Below are positions 17,289-27,016 of a stretch of DNA of 64,000 bases, in pieces; within the stretch, counting starts at the first letter, position 1, and each line of letters opens with the position of its first letter. A program made the translations under genes and the position numbers. The notes under the pieces were generated by a model that made no database searches, was not told the origin of the DNA, and saw only the letters and a program-made list of their open reading frames with translations. The stretch lies in assembly GCA_963822125.1 (NCBI GenBank), contig CAWGGQ010000017.1, positions 14,357-78,356 of the forward strand, in the 5' to 3' direction. Origin of the DNA: an uncultured Gammaproteobacteria bacterium (GTDB taxonomy: Bacteria > Pseudomonadota > Gammaproteobacteria > Pseudomonadales > Azotimanducaceae).

Positions 17289-18376
17289 ACAGGGCTACGT
17301 ATTGCGTGAAAGCGACCTGCTGCCGCTTTCGATCGGTGCCGCGCTGCTCGGCACCGGCGGTGGCGGCAATCCATACATCGGCATGTTGCGCACGCGCGAG
17401 CTGTTTCGGAAAGGCGCTGCGGTGCGCGTGCTCCCGCTTAGACGCGCTGCCGGACGACGCATGGGTGGGCACGGTCGGCAGCATCGGCGCGCCCGTCATC
17501 GGCATTGAGAAGATTTCCGAAGGCGGCGAGTGTTATCGCGCGATGCGCGCCGTAGAAGAAGCGTCAGGAACAACGATGGCGGCGCTGATCGCGGCGGAGA
17601 TCGGCGGCGCGAACGCGATGGCACCGATCATCACCGCCGCGCTCGCGGGGTTGCCGGTGGTCGACGGCGACGGTATGGGTCGCGCGTTCCCTGAAGTGCA
17701 GATGTCGACGTTCGCCATATACGGCGACGGCAGCAGGGAAGGTCTCACGGCGATTGCCGACGACAAGGGCAACGTGGTGGTCATTCGAAGGTACATCGAC
17801 GCGCGCTGGCTGGAGCGATTCGCGCGCACGATCGTGGTCGACATGGGTGCCGGCGCCGGTGCGGCCGGCGCGCCGATGCCGATGGAGTTCGTACGGCGCG
17901 CTGCAATTCCGAACACGGTCACGCAGGCACTGGAGATCGGCCACGCGGTGCTCAGTGCTCGTGCGAAACGCCAGAACGTCGTCGAACGCGTCGTGGAGGT
18001 GACACGCGGCAAACTGTTCTTCGTCGGCAAGATCGTCGATGTGGCGCGCGAACTGAAGGGCGGCTTCGTTCGCGGCCACGCGAACCTGTTGGGGCTCGAC
18101 CAGTGGGCCGGTTCGCAAGCGCGCATCGCCATTCAGAACGAGAACCTGGTGCTGTGGATCGACGGCGTTCCGGCGATCATGGTGCCCGACCTCATCATGA
18201 ATCTGGAACTCGACACCGGTGAACCGATTACGACGGAGATGTTGCGTTACGGGCAACGCGTGGCCGTCATCGGCATGCCGGTGCACGACCTGATGCGAAC
18301 GCCGGCAGCGCTCGAAGTAGTGGGCCCGCACGCGTTCGGCTATCCGGAGCTGAGTTATGTCCCGCTGGTCGGGTGA
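17278..18376 (+). pseudogene. DUF917 family protein; frame change near 17449
   Basis: LSIGAALLGTGGGGNPYIG..VRVLPL in one frame joins DALPDDAWVGTVGSIGAP..EIGGANAMAP..PVVDGDGMGRAFPE in the next. A DUF917 gene next to a hydantoinase-like gene is a known pairing. Confidence 0.8.
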
Positions 18377-18953
18377 CACGGCCGCCACGCTCCTGCTCGT
18401 GAAGCATGCGTTGCCCGTGCTGGACGTTTCAAAGCCGGCGCGGGAGTGGCAGCTCGGAACGGAAGGCGAGCGGCAAGCGAAAAAGCTGGCCGGCGCGCTT
18501 CGTGCGTTCGCGCCGTTGCGCATGATAGCGAGCCCGGAGCCGAAGGCGGTGTCGACCGCGGCCCTTGTCGCGGCGGAACTCGAGGTCGAAGTGTCGGTGG
18601 TGGATGCACTCAGAGAATTCGATCGCCCCGTGTTGCCGTTTCTATCGAAGGAAGAACACGCGCGCGCGAACGAGCAGATCTTCGTCGACCTGAACCGGCG
18701 TGTGCTCGGTAATGAATCGGGTCGCGAGGCGCTCGATCGTTTTTCAGTCGCGATCGACGACGCGATCGCGCTGACGCGCGCGCAAAGCCTCGTGGCCGTC
18801 ACGCACGGTACCGTGATCTCGCTGTTCGTGGCGGCTCACAACGCGGTGGATGCCTTCGCGATGTGGAAGCAGCTCGAATGCACCTCGTACGTCGTACTCG
18901 ACGTGCCGTCGTTCGCGCTTCGCAACATCGTGATCGATGCAAGCAACGCATGA
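18357..18953 (+). CDS. Histidine phosphatase (phosphoglycerate mutase-like) family protein with variant active-site motif
   Basis: LLLVKHALP occupies the RHG position and VAVTHGTVISL is the second His motif. Overlaps the DUF917 stop by 20 nt. Confidence 0.6.
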   Translation: MSRWSGDTAATLLLVKHALPVLDVSKPAREWQLGTEGERQAKKLAGALRAFAPLRMIASPEPKAVSTAALVAAELEVEVSVVDALREFDRPVLPFLSKEEHARANEQIFVDLNRRVLGNESGREALDRFSVAIDDAIALTRAQSLVAVTHGTVISLFVAAHNAVDAFAMWKQLECTSYVVLDVPSFALRNIVIDASNA

Positions 18954-19630
18954 AGGAATCCGATCTCTATCCGCCGGTGAAGCGCTTCCTCGAAGCGCAG
19001 AGCTATGAAGTGAAAGGCGAGATCGGCGACTGCGACGTGCTAGCCGTGCGCGGCACTGAAGTGCCGGTGATCGTCGAATTGAAACTGACTCTCAATCTGA
19101 ACGTGGTGCTGCAGGCCGTGGAGCGTTTGTCGGTTACGCCGAAGGTTTACATCGGCGTGCCGAAGCAATGTTCCGTGTTGAGCGCGCGGCGCAAACACAT
19201 CGTCAAACTGCTGCGTATGCTCGGTGTCGGTCTGGTAGCGATCGATACGCGCGGCGGTGTCGAGATACTGCTCGATCCCGGCGAGTACAAACCGCGCAAA
19301 TCGAAACACCGCCACGAGCGCCTGCTCGGCGAGTTTCGCAAACGCGTCGGCGATCCGAATCGCGGCGGCCTTCATCGTCGCGGCGGCGTAGTGACCGCGT
19401 ACCGGCAACAGGCGTTGAGGATTGCGGATCTGCTGCAGCAACTCGGGCCGAGCAAAGCATCCGACATCGCACGCACGCTGCAGGTGCCGAACGCGCGCGC
19501 GATTCTGTATCGCGACGCGTACGGTTGGTTCGAGCGCGCGTCGGTGGGCGTCTATGCGCTATCGCCGCGCGGACAGCAGGAGGTTCCGATTTGGAACAAA
19601 CAGCAGGTTGAGGCGGGTCTCACTCCATGA
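18950..19630 (+). CDS. DUF2161 family protein (PD-(D/E)xK nuclease-like N-domain plus winged-helix C-domain)
   Basis: [79 protein letters not shown] matches my memory of DUF2161. ATGA overlap upstream. Confidence 0.75.
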   Translation: MKESDLYPPVKRFLEAQSYEVKGEIGDCDVLAVRGTEVPVIVELKLTLNLNVVLQAVERLSVTPKVYIGVPKQCSVLSARRKHIVKLLRMLGVGLVAIDTRGGVEILLDPGEYKPRKSKHRHERLLGEFRKRVGDPNRGGLHRRGGVVTAYRQQALRIADLLQQLGPSKASDIARTLQVPNARAILYRDAYGWFERASVGVYALSPRGQQEVPIWNKQQVEAGLTP

Positions 19631-20160
19631 ATTCCATCGCCTCGATGCGCGCGCTTCAGGCCGACATCACCACGCTCGAAGTAGACGCGATCGTGAACGC
19701 CGCCAACTCCTCGTTGCTCGGCGGCGGCGGTGTCGACGGCGCGATCCATCGCGCGGCCGGACCGGAGCTACTGGAAGAGTGTCGTCAGCTGCGCGGTTGT
19801 AACACCGGCGACGCGAAGCTCACGAAGGGTTATCGCTTGCGGGCGAAGCATGTCATTCACACGGTGGGTCCGGTGTGGCGGGGCGGCGACAACGGCGAAG
19901 CGGATCTGTTGGCGTCGTGTTATCGGCGAGCGATGGCGATCGCGTCGACCAACGCCTTCACCTCCATCGCGCTGCCGAGCATCAGCACGGGGATATACGG
20001 CTACCCGATCGAACGCGCCGCGCAGGTTGCGGTCGCAACGGTGGGTGAGTGTCTGGAAGAGGCGTCGACGGTGACGCACGTTCTCTTCTGCTGTTTCTCG
20101 GCGGCGGACCTTCGCGTGTATGAACGCGTACTCGAGGACCTGCACCGAGACGCGCGGTGA
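19627..20160 (+). CDS. ymdB: Macro domain protein, O-acetyl-ADP-ribose deacetylase (YmdB-like)
   Basis: [66 protein letters not shown] is close to E. coli YmdB. Confidence 0.85.
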   Translation: MNSIASMRALQADITTLEVDAIVNAANSSLLGGGGVDGAIHRAAGPELLEECRQLRGCNTGDAKLTKGYRLRAKHVIHTVGPVWRGGDNGEADLLASCYRRAMAIASTNAFTSIALPSISTGIYGYPIERAAQVAVATVGECLEEASTVTHVLFCCFSAADLRVYERVLEDLHRDAR

Positions 20161-20232
20161 GTCCGTTTCTCGTCAGATGTTTCGTTTGGCGGGAATGCTA
20201 CAGTCCGCCGCATCGCGGTGTGGTGCGCGTTC

Positions 20233-21103
20233 ATGAGTGACCATCCTTTCGCAACGCTGCGCGTGTCGCGCGATGAGCTCGCCGCCGAAGCGCTGTCGGC
20301 CGATCGGTTGGCGGCGGTTGTCGAATCGATTCGTACACACGGCGCGGCAATCATCGAAGGCGCGGTCGACCTCGGGTCATTGCGATCGGTTGCGCGTCGT
20401 CATGCTCGAAGACCTGCCCGCTGCGCTGCGGCATCCCTATGCGCTCGACATTCCCGGCCACGTTCAGCACAACCCGCCGCCGCGCGCTCGCGATCTGTAT
20501 GCCGACATCATCGCGAATCCGATTGCGCTTTCGGTGGCGCGCGCGCTGATGGGTCGTGTGCGCCTCGCGCTGTACACCGGTAACACGATGCTGGGGCATA
20601 CCAGCCAACAGCAGCCGGTGCATTGGGACGACTACCAGCTCTGGTCCGGCCTCGAACAGGCGCCGCCGACGTCGTCGCTTGCGGTGAACATTCCGCTCGT
20701 CGACGTATCGGTAACCAACGGCGCGCTGGAGGTGTGGCCGGGTACGCACCGCGACGTGCGTTCCGGCGAGCACCGCAAGTCGCTGCTGGTTCCTGACGAA
20801 TGGCTCGAGGCGCGTCGCGCTCACACTCCGCCCGTTCGTGTGCCGCTGTCGAAAGGCGCGCTGTTGTTGCGTGACTTGCGGATGTGGCACCGCGGCACGA
20901 CGAATTCCACCGGCGAAGCGCGGCCGATGCTCGCGCTGTCGTATCAGCCGTGGTGGTATCGGCCGTTGGCCATCGATTTCTACAAAGATGCCGAACCGGT
21001 GCTGACGCGGCTGCGCGTTCCGGTTACCGCGCGATACCGCGAGTCGTTCGACCATCTTGCGTGGCCGCCGAATTGGGAGCTGGTGCCGGCGCCGGTCGAC
21101 TGA
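20233..21103 (+). pseudogene. Phytanoyl-CoA dioxygenase (PhyH) family protein; frame change near 20385
   Basis: MSDHPFATLRVSRDELAAE..IIEGAVDLGSL is in frame 1. DRLRVVMLEDL..PVHWDDY..NGALEVWPGTH..LRDLRMWHRGTTN is in frame 2. Confidence 0.7.
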
Positions 21104-21132
21104 CGCGCAGCGTTCGTAATAAGGAGGGGAAC

Positions 21133-21283
21133 GTGGGGCACGTTGCTTCGGCGATGCTGGTGGTCGTGGCGATCATTCATCTGTTGCCGGTGTCCGGCGT
21201 CCTCAGCGGCGCGCGTATTTCAGACCGATATCGTGGCGCTCCTCTGTCTGATCGTTGGTGCAGTAGCGTATGCGATGCGCTGA
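21133..21283 (+). pseudogene. Remnant of a small membrane protein (uncertain)
   Basis: AAGGAGG lies 6 nt before GTG 21133. MLVVVAIIHLLPVSGVLSG then shifts frame to DIVALLCLIVGAVAYAMR-stop. It looks like the N- and C-terminal helices of a larger protein. Confidence 0.3.
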
Positions 21284-21344
21284 GGCCTGCCCGGTGATCT
21301 GCGGGCTCGGTATCATTGCGGCAGAATCGAACTGGAGATCAGCA

Positions 21345-21656
21345 ATGAAGGTTGCCAGCGTATTGCTCTTCGCGTTCGTGTTGTCGGCGCCGGTGTTCGT
21401 CGTTGCGGAAAGTGATCGCGCGGCGACGCAGCAGACGCTCGACGCTGCGTGTGAAGCCGCGCGCGAACGCAAGCTGGAACCCGAGCGCGCCATGTACGCG
21501 CAGGAGTGCGTGCAGCTGAAAATGAAGGACACGCTCGAAGAGTGTCAGCGTTTCTACAGCGACTACGGCGCGCGCATCGGCGACAGGGCGCCGCTCTATT
21601 ACGATCTGCCGGAGTGCGTGGCGGCATTCGATTATCGCCAGAGTTATCGCGAATAG
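21345..21656 (+). CDS. Small secreted Cys-containing protein (103 aa)
   Basis: Signal peptide MKVASVLLFAFVLSAPVFVVA followed by four Cys residues. No family recognised. Confidence 0.6.
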   Translation: MKVASVLLFAFVLSAPVFVVAESDRAATQQTLDAACEAARERKLEPERAMYAQECVQLKMKDTLEECQRFYSDYGARIGDRAPLYYDLPECVAAFDYRQSYRE

Positions 21657-21673
21657 AGATTCAAGGAGGCCGC

Positions 21674-22480
21674 ATGAATCAGACCGAACTCATCGACCAC
21701 ATCGCTGCGATGTTGCGCGATCTGGAACGTGCCGGCGGAGCCTTTCTCGGCGGAAGTTACGGCCGCGGCGAAGCGGACGCGGTGAGCGATGTGGACGTCT
21801 ATGTGGTGGTTGCGAGCGCAGACGACATTCCCGGCATGCTCACCGAACTCTCCAACAACCTCGCCAAGGTGCAGCCGATCCTGTTTTCGAACGTGCTGCC
21901 GAACGCGAGAACCATCAACGCGATCACCCAGGAGTGGCTGCGCTTCGACTTCACCGTGCTGACGCAGCAGGAGATCGTGTTCTTCGCACAGAATCAGGTG
22001 AAGCCGCTGTTCGATCGGCTCGGTGTGGCCGCGAAAATGCGCCCCGTTGCCGAATACAACCGCAATCTCAGCGGCGACGGATTGCTGGAGATCGTCAACG
22101 AGTTCATTCGTGTGCTCGGGCTTTCGATGGTGGTGAACGGCCGGGACGATGTCATCACGGCGCAGACCGGAACGAACCTGCTGCGCGACATGCTGGTCCG
22201 GGTCATGGTGTTAGAGAACGGCGGACAACCGCAAAGAGGGGCGCTTTCGCTGAAGCGCAACCTCACACCGGCGCAGTACTCCGCGTTGACCGCGCTGCCG
22301 TCGCTCGACGCAACGTGGCCGTCGGTGTTCGCGCGCTCGAAAGCGCTCGCGGAACAGTTCTTCCCTCGCGCGCGTGCGCTCGCGAACGAACTCAACGCGA
22401 AGTGGCCCGACGAGTTCCAGCGCGTCACGCTCGAGCTGCTGCGCGCGAAACTCGGTTTGAACATCGAACTGCATCAGTGA
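21674..22480 (+). CDS. Nucleotidyltransferase-fold protein (aminoglycoside/lincosamide NTase-like)
   Basis: AGGAGG RBS precedes the start. GGSYGRGEADAVSDVDVYVV is the pol-beta-type NTase GS..DxD motif. Confidence 0.7.
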   Translation: MNQTELIDHIAAMLRDLERAGGAFLGGSYGRGEADAVSDVDVYVVVASADDIPGMLTELSNNLAKVQPILFSNVLPNARTINAITQEWLRFDFTVLTQQEIVFFAQNQVKPLFDRLGVAAKMRPVAEYNRNLSGDGLLEIVNEFIRVLGLSMVVNGRDDVITAQTGTNLLRDMLVRVMVLENGGQPQRGALSLKRNLTPAQYSALTALPSLDATWPSVFARSKALAEQFFPRARALANELNAKWPDEFQRVTLELLRAKLGLNIELHQ

Positions 22481-22528
22481 GAACGTTGGCCCAAACATTG
22501 GCCTAAGGGAACGGGCATCGAGGGAAAC

Positions 22529-23440
22529 ATGGCAGGCACAGTCACCGAGTGGTTGCTCGATTCGGATCCGTCGATCCGCTGGCAGGTGATGCGCGATCTC
22601 ACTGGTGAATCCACCGAAGTCATCGCGCGCGAACGAGCGCGCGTTGAAACGGAAGGTTGGGGCGCGCGGTTGCTCGATCTGCAGGCAGACGATGGTCACT
22701 GGGGCGGTGGGCCGTACGTGGTGCCCGGCTGGATCGCCACCACCGACACGCTGGTGGTGTTGAAGGATCTCGGGCTCGACGCAACGTCGCCGCGGGTGCG
22801 CCGCGCGATCGAGCGCGTGCGCATCACCAACTGGGGACCGGAGTTCAAAAACTCGCCGTATTTCGACGGTGAAGAAGAGGCGTGCATCAACGGTCGCGTG
22901 CTGGCGTGCGGCGCTTACTTCGGGCAGCCGAGTGCGTCGCTGGTCGAACTGCTGCTGTCGGAACAGAAGGAGGACGGCGGCTGGAACTGCTGGCCGCGCG
23001 CAAGACGTTCGTCATTCCATTCGACGATCTGCGTGCTCGAAGGGCTGCTCGAGTACGAGCGCGCGACCCGCGCCGACGCGACGGTGCGCGATGCACGCCT
23101 GCGCGCGCATGAATATCTCCTGCGTCGCGGCATGTTCCGGCGATTTTCGACCGGCGAAATCGTCAAACCTGAGTGGACGCAGTTTTCGTTTCCCGCGCGC
23201 TGGCATTACGACGTGCTGCGCGGTCTCGATTATCTGCGCAGTGCGGATGTCGAAGCGGACGAGCGTGTTGCCGAGGCGATCGAACTGGTCGAAAGGAAGT
23301 GTATGCACGATGGCTGCTGGCCGCTCGAAAACCCGCACGAAGGCAAAGTGCATTTCGAAATGGAAGGAAAGGCCGGCGAACCGAGCCGCTGGAACACACT
23401 GCGCGCGCTGCGCGTACTCGACTGGTATTCGAAATCGTGA
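22529..23440 (+). CDS. Prenyltransferase/squalene-oxidase-repeat-like (alpha/alpha toroid) protein
   Basis: Repeated DGGW/DGHWGG motifs (QADDGHWGGG, QKEDGGWNCW, HDGCWPL). Confidence 0.5.
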   Translation: MAGTVTEWLLDSDPSIRWQVMRDLTGESTEVIARERARVETEGWGARLLDLQADDGHWGGGPYVVPGWIATTDTLVVLKDLGLDATSPRVRRAIERVRITNWGPEFKNSPYFDGEEEACINGRVLACGAYFGQPSASLVELLLSEQKEDGGWNCWPRARRSSFHSTICVLEGLLEYERATRADATVRDARLRAHEYLLRRGMFRRFSTGEIVKPEWTQFSFPARWHYDVLRGLDYLRSADVEADERVAEAIELVERKCMHDGCWPLENPHEGKVHFEMEGKAGEPSRWNTLRALRVLDWYSKS

Positions 23441-23826
23441 AAGGCAGTTGTCTCTGCAAAGCCGTTTCGTTCGAGATCGAAGGCACCGTTCACAACGCGC
23501 GTTATTGCCACTGCACGAACTGCCGGAAATTCTCCGGCACCGCTTACGCGGCGTGGGGTCTGGTGCCGACCGATAAATTCACCGTCACGCCGGCGCAAGG
23601 CGGCGTAACGAAATTCGATTCCGGCGGCGGGTTGCGCGTGTTCTGCAGCACATGCGGTTCGCCGCTGTGGTACGAGCCCGCGGGAATGCCGCAGTACCGC
23701 GGCATTCCACTCGGTGTCATCGACGACGAGAACGTGCCCGCGCCGAAGGTTCATCTGTGGACGAAGTCGAAGGCGCCGTGGGTAACAGTTGCCGACGACC
23801 TTCCGCAACACGAGACGCATCCGTAA
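23437..23826 (+). CDS. GFA family protein
   Basis: KGSCLCKAVSFEIEG..CHCTNCRKFSG..FCSTCGSPL.. GTGA overlap upstream. Confidence 0.85.
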   Translation: MKGSCLCKAVSFEIEGTVHNARYCHCTNCRKFSGTAYAAWGLVPTDKFTVTPAQGGVTKFDSGGGLRVFCSTCGSPLWYEPAGMPQYRGIPLGVIDDENVPAPKVHLWTKSKAPWVTVADDLPQHETHP

Positions 23827-23843
23827 CTCACGAGTCAGCAGGA

Positions 23844-24489
23844 ATGAGCGAACTCACCATCTGGACATATGACTGGGTGCCCGAAGGCCCGCGTGGTTTC
23901 GTGCGCGATCTGAGGTTGCGGTGGGCGTGCGAAGAAGCCGGGCTTGCATACGCGGTGCGGACGGTTCCATTCGAGGGTCGCGAAACGAATCACCTCGCGC
24001 AGCAGCCGTTCGGACAAGTGCCGTACCTCCGCGACGGCGAACTGCAGATATTCGAAAGCGGTGCCGGGCTGCTGCATCTGGCGCGCAAGAGCGAAACGTT
24101 GATGCCGCGCGACGCCGGTCGGAGAAGCGGAAACGCTGCAATGGACCATCGCCGCGCTGAACTCGATCGAGATGGTCAGCGTGCCGTGGTGGTTCCTGAA
24201 GATATCCGGCGACGAGAACAAGGCGCTCGGTGAATGGATGGGCGCGCGTCTCGACCAGCTCGAAAGCGTGTTGAGCGAGCGCGAATGGCTCGCAGCGCAC
24301 CGCTTCACCGTGGCAGACCTGCTGATGGCGGACGTGTTACGCGTTGCGCAGGTTCGCGCCTTCGGCAACCGGCCGGCGACCGAGGCCTACGTGGCACGCG
24401 TCACCGGTCGGCCCGCGTTCAAGAAGGCGCGGGCCGACCAGATCGATCATTTCGCCAACGCGGACAAGACCCGCCGCGTTGGCGCGTGA
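23844..24489 (+). pseudogene. Glutathione S-transferase; frame change near 24112
   Basis: The N-terminal domain has GQVPYLRDGELQIFESGAGLLHL. PVGEAETLQWTIAALNSIEMVSVPWW and the C-terminal domain lie in the next frame. Confidence 0.75.
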
Positions 24490-24541
24490 TTCGAGCCGAG
24501 TTAGTTGCCGAGCACCGCGCGCTCTTTCGCCATCCGTCCGG

Positions 24542-25147
24542 TCACGATCGGCGACGCAAATGCCCCTGCCAGATAGCGGCCGAGTTTCGGATATTATGCT
24601 GCGCGTCCACGGCGTAGTCGCCGTATTGCGCCTGCAGGAAACAGGTGACCACCGAGATGTCGGCAATCGACAGCGCGTTACCGACGAAATAACCGCTTTC
24701 CGGCGCGATCGACTCGAGATACTCGAGCACCGGCGGCATGCCGTGCGTGATGATGTTGTCGACGATCGCCTGGTCGGTGGGTTTGCCCATCATCTTCGGG
24801 AACAGGAAACGCTGCTGAAAGAGGCCGGCGCAGTTCTCGATCACCTTCGTGTCCGCGTACTCTTCCACCCACAGCGCGCGCGCTTCCATTTTGGGGTCGG
24901 CGGGGAAAAGGGCAGGCGTCGGAAACACGCGCTCGATGTAACGGCAGATCACGCTGGAGTCGGGGACGGAGAAGTCGTCGTGTTGCAGCACCGGAATCTT
25001 GCCGAGCGGGCTCACCGCGCGGAACGCGGGGCTCGAATCGTTGGGCATTACCACGACGTTTTCGTATTCGACGCCTTTGATTTCGAGCGCGAACAGCACT
25101 TTGCGGACGAAGGGCGAGAGAGGGTGACCGTGCACTTTGATCGTCAT
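24542..25147 (-). CDS. Glutathione S-transferase
   Basis: HPLSPFVRKV..GKIPVLQHDDFSVPDSSVICRYIE; intact 201 aa. Confidence 0.85.
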   Translation of the reverse strand: MTIKVHGHPLSPFVRKVLFALEIKGVEYENVVVMPNDSSPAFRAVSPLGKIPVLQHDDFSVPDSSVICRYIERVFPTPALFPADPKMEARALWVEEYADTKVIENCAGLFQQRFLFPKMMGKPTDQAIVDNIITHGMPPVLEYLESIAPESGYFVGNALSIADISVVTCFLQAQYGDYAVDAQHNIRNSAAIWQGHLRRRS

Positions 25148-25253
25148 TTCGAATGGGCCTTGGGTCGCATGGGGGTGGTGACACTAGCAGAGAAACGGAC
25201 GCGACCGAAGCAATCGCGAATCCTGAAGACCGCGGTGTCGAACGGAGGCTGAG

Positions 25254-25628
25254 ATGAGCGGACTGGATCAAGTGAGGATCGGGTCGATCGTCATTCGTTG
25301 CTACGAATTCGAGTGGATGTGGGCGTTCTGGCAGGAAGCGCTGCACTATGTCGTCGAGCACACGGACCCGAACGGCGGCTTCGTGATTCTCCATGACCCG
25401 TCGGGGAAGGGGCCGAACATATCGCTCGATCAGTCGCCGACGAAACGCACCGGCAAGCGCAGCTGGTTGCATCTCGATCTCTACGCGTCCAACCAGCGCG
25501 ACGAAGTGGAGCGCCTGGTGAAACTCGGTGCGCGGCGTTACGACTGGCGATACCAGCCGACTGCCGATTACGTGGTGCTGGAAGATCCGGATGGGAATCT
25601 GTTCTGCGTGGTAGACATCGATCACTGA
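25254..25628 (+). CDS. VOC/glyoxalase-like domain protein
   Basis: IGSIVIRCYEFEWMWAFWQEAL..HLDLYA..YVVLEDPDGNLFCVV. Confidence 0.75.
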   Translation: MSGLDQVRIGSIVIRCYEFEWMWAFWQEALHYVVEHTDPNGGFVILHDPSGKGPNISLDQSPTKRTGKRSWLHLDLYASNQRDEVERLVKLGARRYDWRYQPTADYVVLEDPDGNLFCVVDIDH

Positions 25629-25646
25629 CGAGTTTCCGGAGGCGCA

Positions 25647-26042
25647 ATGTCGATCAAGGGCGGTTGTTTTTGTGGAAAGGTGAGATACGACGTCGACGCG
25701 CCGCTCGTCGTGGCCAGAAGTTGTCATTGTTCGCGCTGCCGCAAAGCGTTCAGCGGTGCGGGGTCGGCCTACGCGGAGGTGGTGCCGGGATCATTTCATT
25801 GGGTGCAGGGTGAGAACTCCGTGACGCGATATGAAAGCGGCGATGGTTTCGGCATGTGCTTCTGCAGCGCGTGCGGCACCACGTTGTGCGGCATCGTCGG
25901 CGGCAACGTACACGGCGTGACGCTGGGCAGCGTCGACGGCGATCCGGGTGTGGAGATCGCTATGCACATCTTCGTCGGATCGAAAGCGCCGTGGGATCAC
26001 ATCGGCGGTGACGCGCCGCAGTTCGAGGCGTTTCCGACGTGA
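25647..26042 (+). CDS. GFA family protein
   Basis: GGCFCGKVRYDV..CHCSRCRKAFSG..FCSACGTTL. Confidence 0.85.
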   Translation: MSIKGGCFCGKVRYDVDAPLVVARSCHCSRCRKAFSGAGSAYAEVVPGSFHWVQGENSVTRYESGDGFGMCFCSACGTTLCGIVGGNVHGVTLGSVDGDPGVEIAMHIFVGSKAPWDHIGGDAPQFEAFPT

Positions 26043-26632
26043 TGACGCACACGATGCGAATCGCCGTCATGGGCTCGATTGAGATGCTGCGCGCACCGCA
26101 GCTGTACATCTTTGCGGGGCTGCCCGGCAGCGGAAAGTCGACGTTGTCGAAGCGCCTCTCCGCGCGCCTCGGCGCCGTCTATCTGCGCATCGACACCATC
26201 GAACAGGCGTTGCGCGACCTGTGCGCGTTCGACGTGCAAGGCGAGGGTTATCGCCTCGCGTATCGAATCGCTCGCGACAATCTGCTCATCGGTGCAAGCG
26301 TGGTGGCCGACTCGTGCAACCCGATCGAGTTGACGCGCCGCGAGTGGGAGCAGGTGGCGCGTGACGCGGGCGTCGGCTTCGTGAACATCGAAGTGGTCTG
26401 TTCCGATGCGCGGGAACATCGAACGCGCGCTGAACAGCGTGCGACGGAAGTGGCAGGGCTGGTCCAGCCGACGTGGCACGAGATCGACACGCGTGAATAC
26501 GACGCGTGGACGGTCGACCGGATCATGGTGGATACGGCCGGCAAGTCGATAGACGAGTGCGAAACCGAATTGCTCGTGAAGTTGCCCGACGTCGCCAACG
26601 ACCCAGGCGAGGGGCAACGACCTTCGAGGTAA
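26039..26632 (+). CDS. P-loop kinase-like ATPase (AAA_33-like)
   Basis: Walker A GLPGSGKST. GTGA overlap upstream; the true start may be an internal Met. Confidence 0.7.
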   Translation: MMTHTMRIAVMGSIEMLRAPQLYIFAGLPGSGKSTLSKRLSARLGAVYLRIDTIEQALRDLCAFDVQGEGYRLAYRIARDNLLIGASVVADSCNPIELTRREWEQVARDAGVGFVNIEVVCSDAREHRTRAEQRATEVAGLVQPTWHEIDTREYDAWTVDRIMVDTAGKSIDECETELLVKLPDVANDPGEGQRPSR

Positions 26633-26687
26633 TTGAACCGTGTCGGCTGCGAGCCGCACACTGGCCGCCTCACTTGCGGAGGTTCAT

Positions 26688-27002
26688 ATGTCCACGCGTC
26701 TCATCGTTCTGTTGTTGGTCCTCGCGGCGTTAGGCGTGCTCACTGCACTTGCGCTGCTGGATGTCGGTTATCTCGGCATCCTGGAGCCGCATTTCCGCAG
26801 TTGGGGCGGCGCGCAGGTGTTCTTCGATCTGGTGATCCTCGCGGTGCTCGCATGCGTCTGGATGATCGGCGACGCGCGCGAGCGCGGTATGTCCGCGTGG
26901 CCGTTCATTCTGATCACGCTCGTTGCGGGATCGTTCGGGCCGTTGCTGTATCTCGTCGTGCGCGAAGTGCGTGCGACGGCACGCAGAACGGCTGCGGCCT
27001 AG
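26688..27002 (+). CDS. Small integral membrane protein (3 TM)
   Basis: Three hydrophobic segments. The family name is uncertain (DUF1475/DUF2834-like by architecture only). Confidence 0.5.
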   Translation: MSTRLIVLLLVLAALGVLTALALLDVGYLGILEPHFRSWGGAQVFFDLVILAVLACVWMIGDARERGMSAWPFILITLVAGSFGPLLYLVVREVRATARRTAAA

Positions 27003-27016
27003 CGACGCTGTTAGTG

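Noticed and set aside
15581-18376. 931-aa ORF that could be read as a giant hydantoinase-DUF917 fusion
   Set aside because: The middle third is low-complexity Arg/Ala text. The missing conserved halves of both proteins are found in other frames (16665-17288 and 17032-17508). It is two genes with one frame change each.
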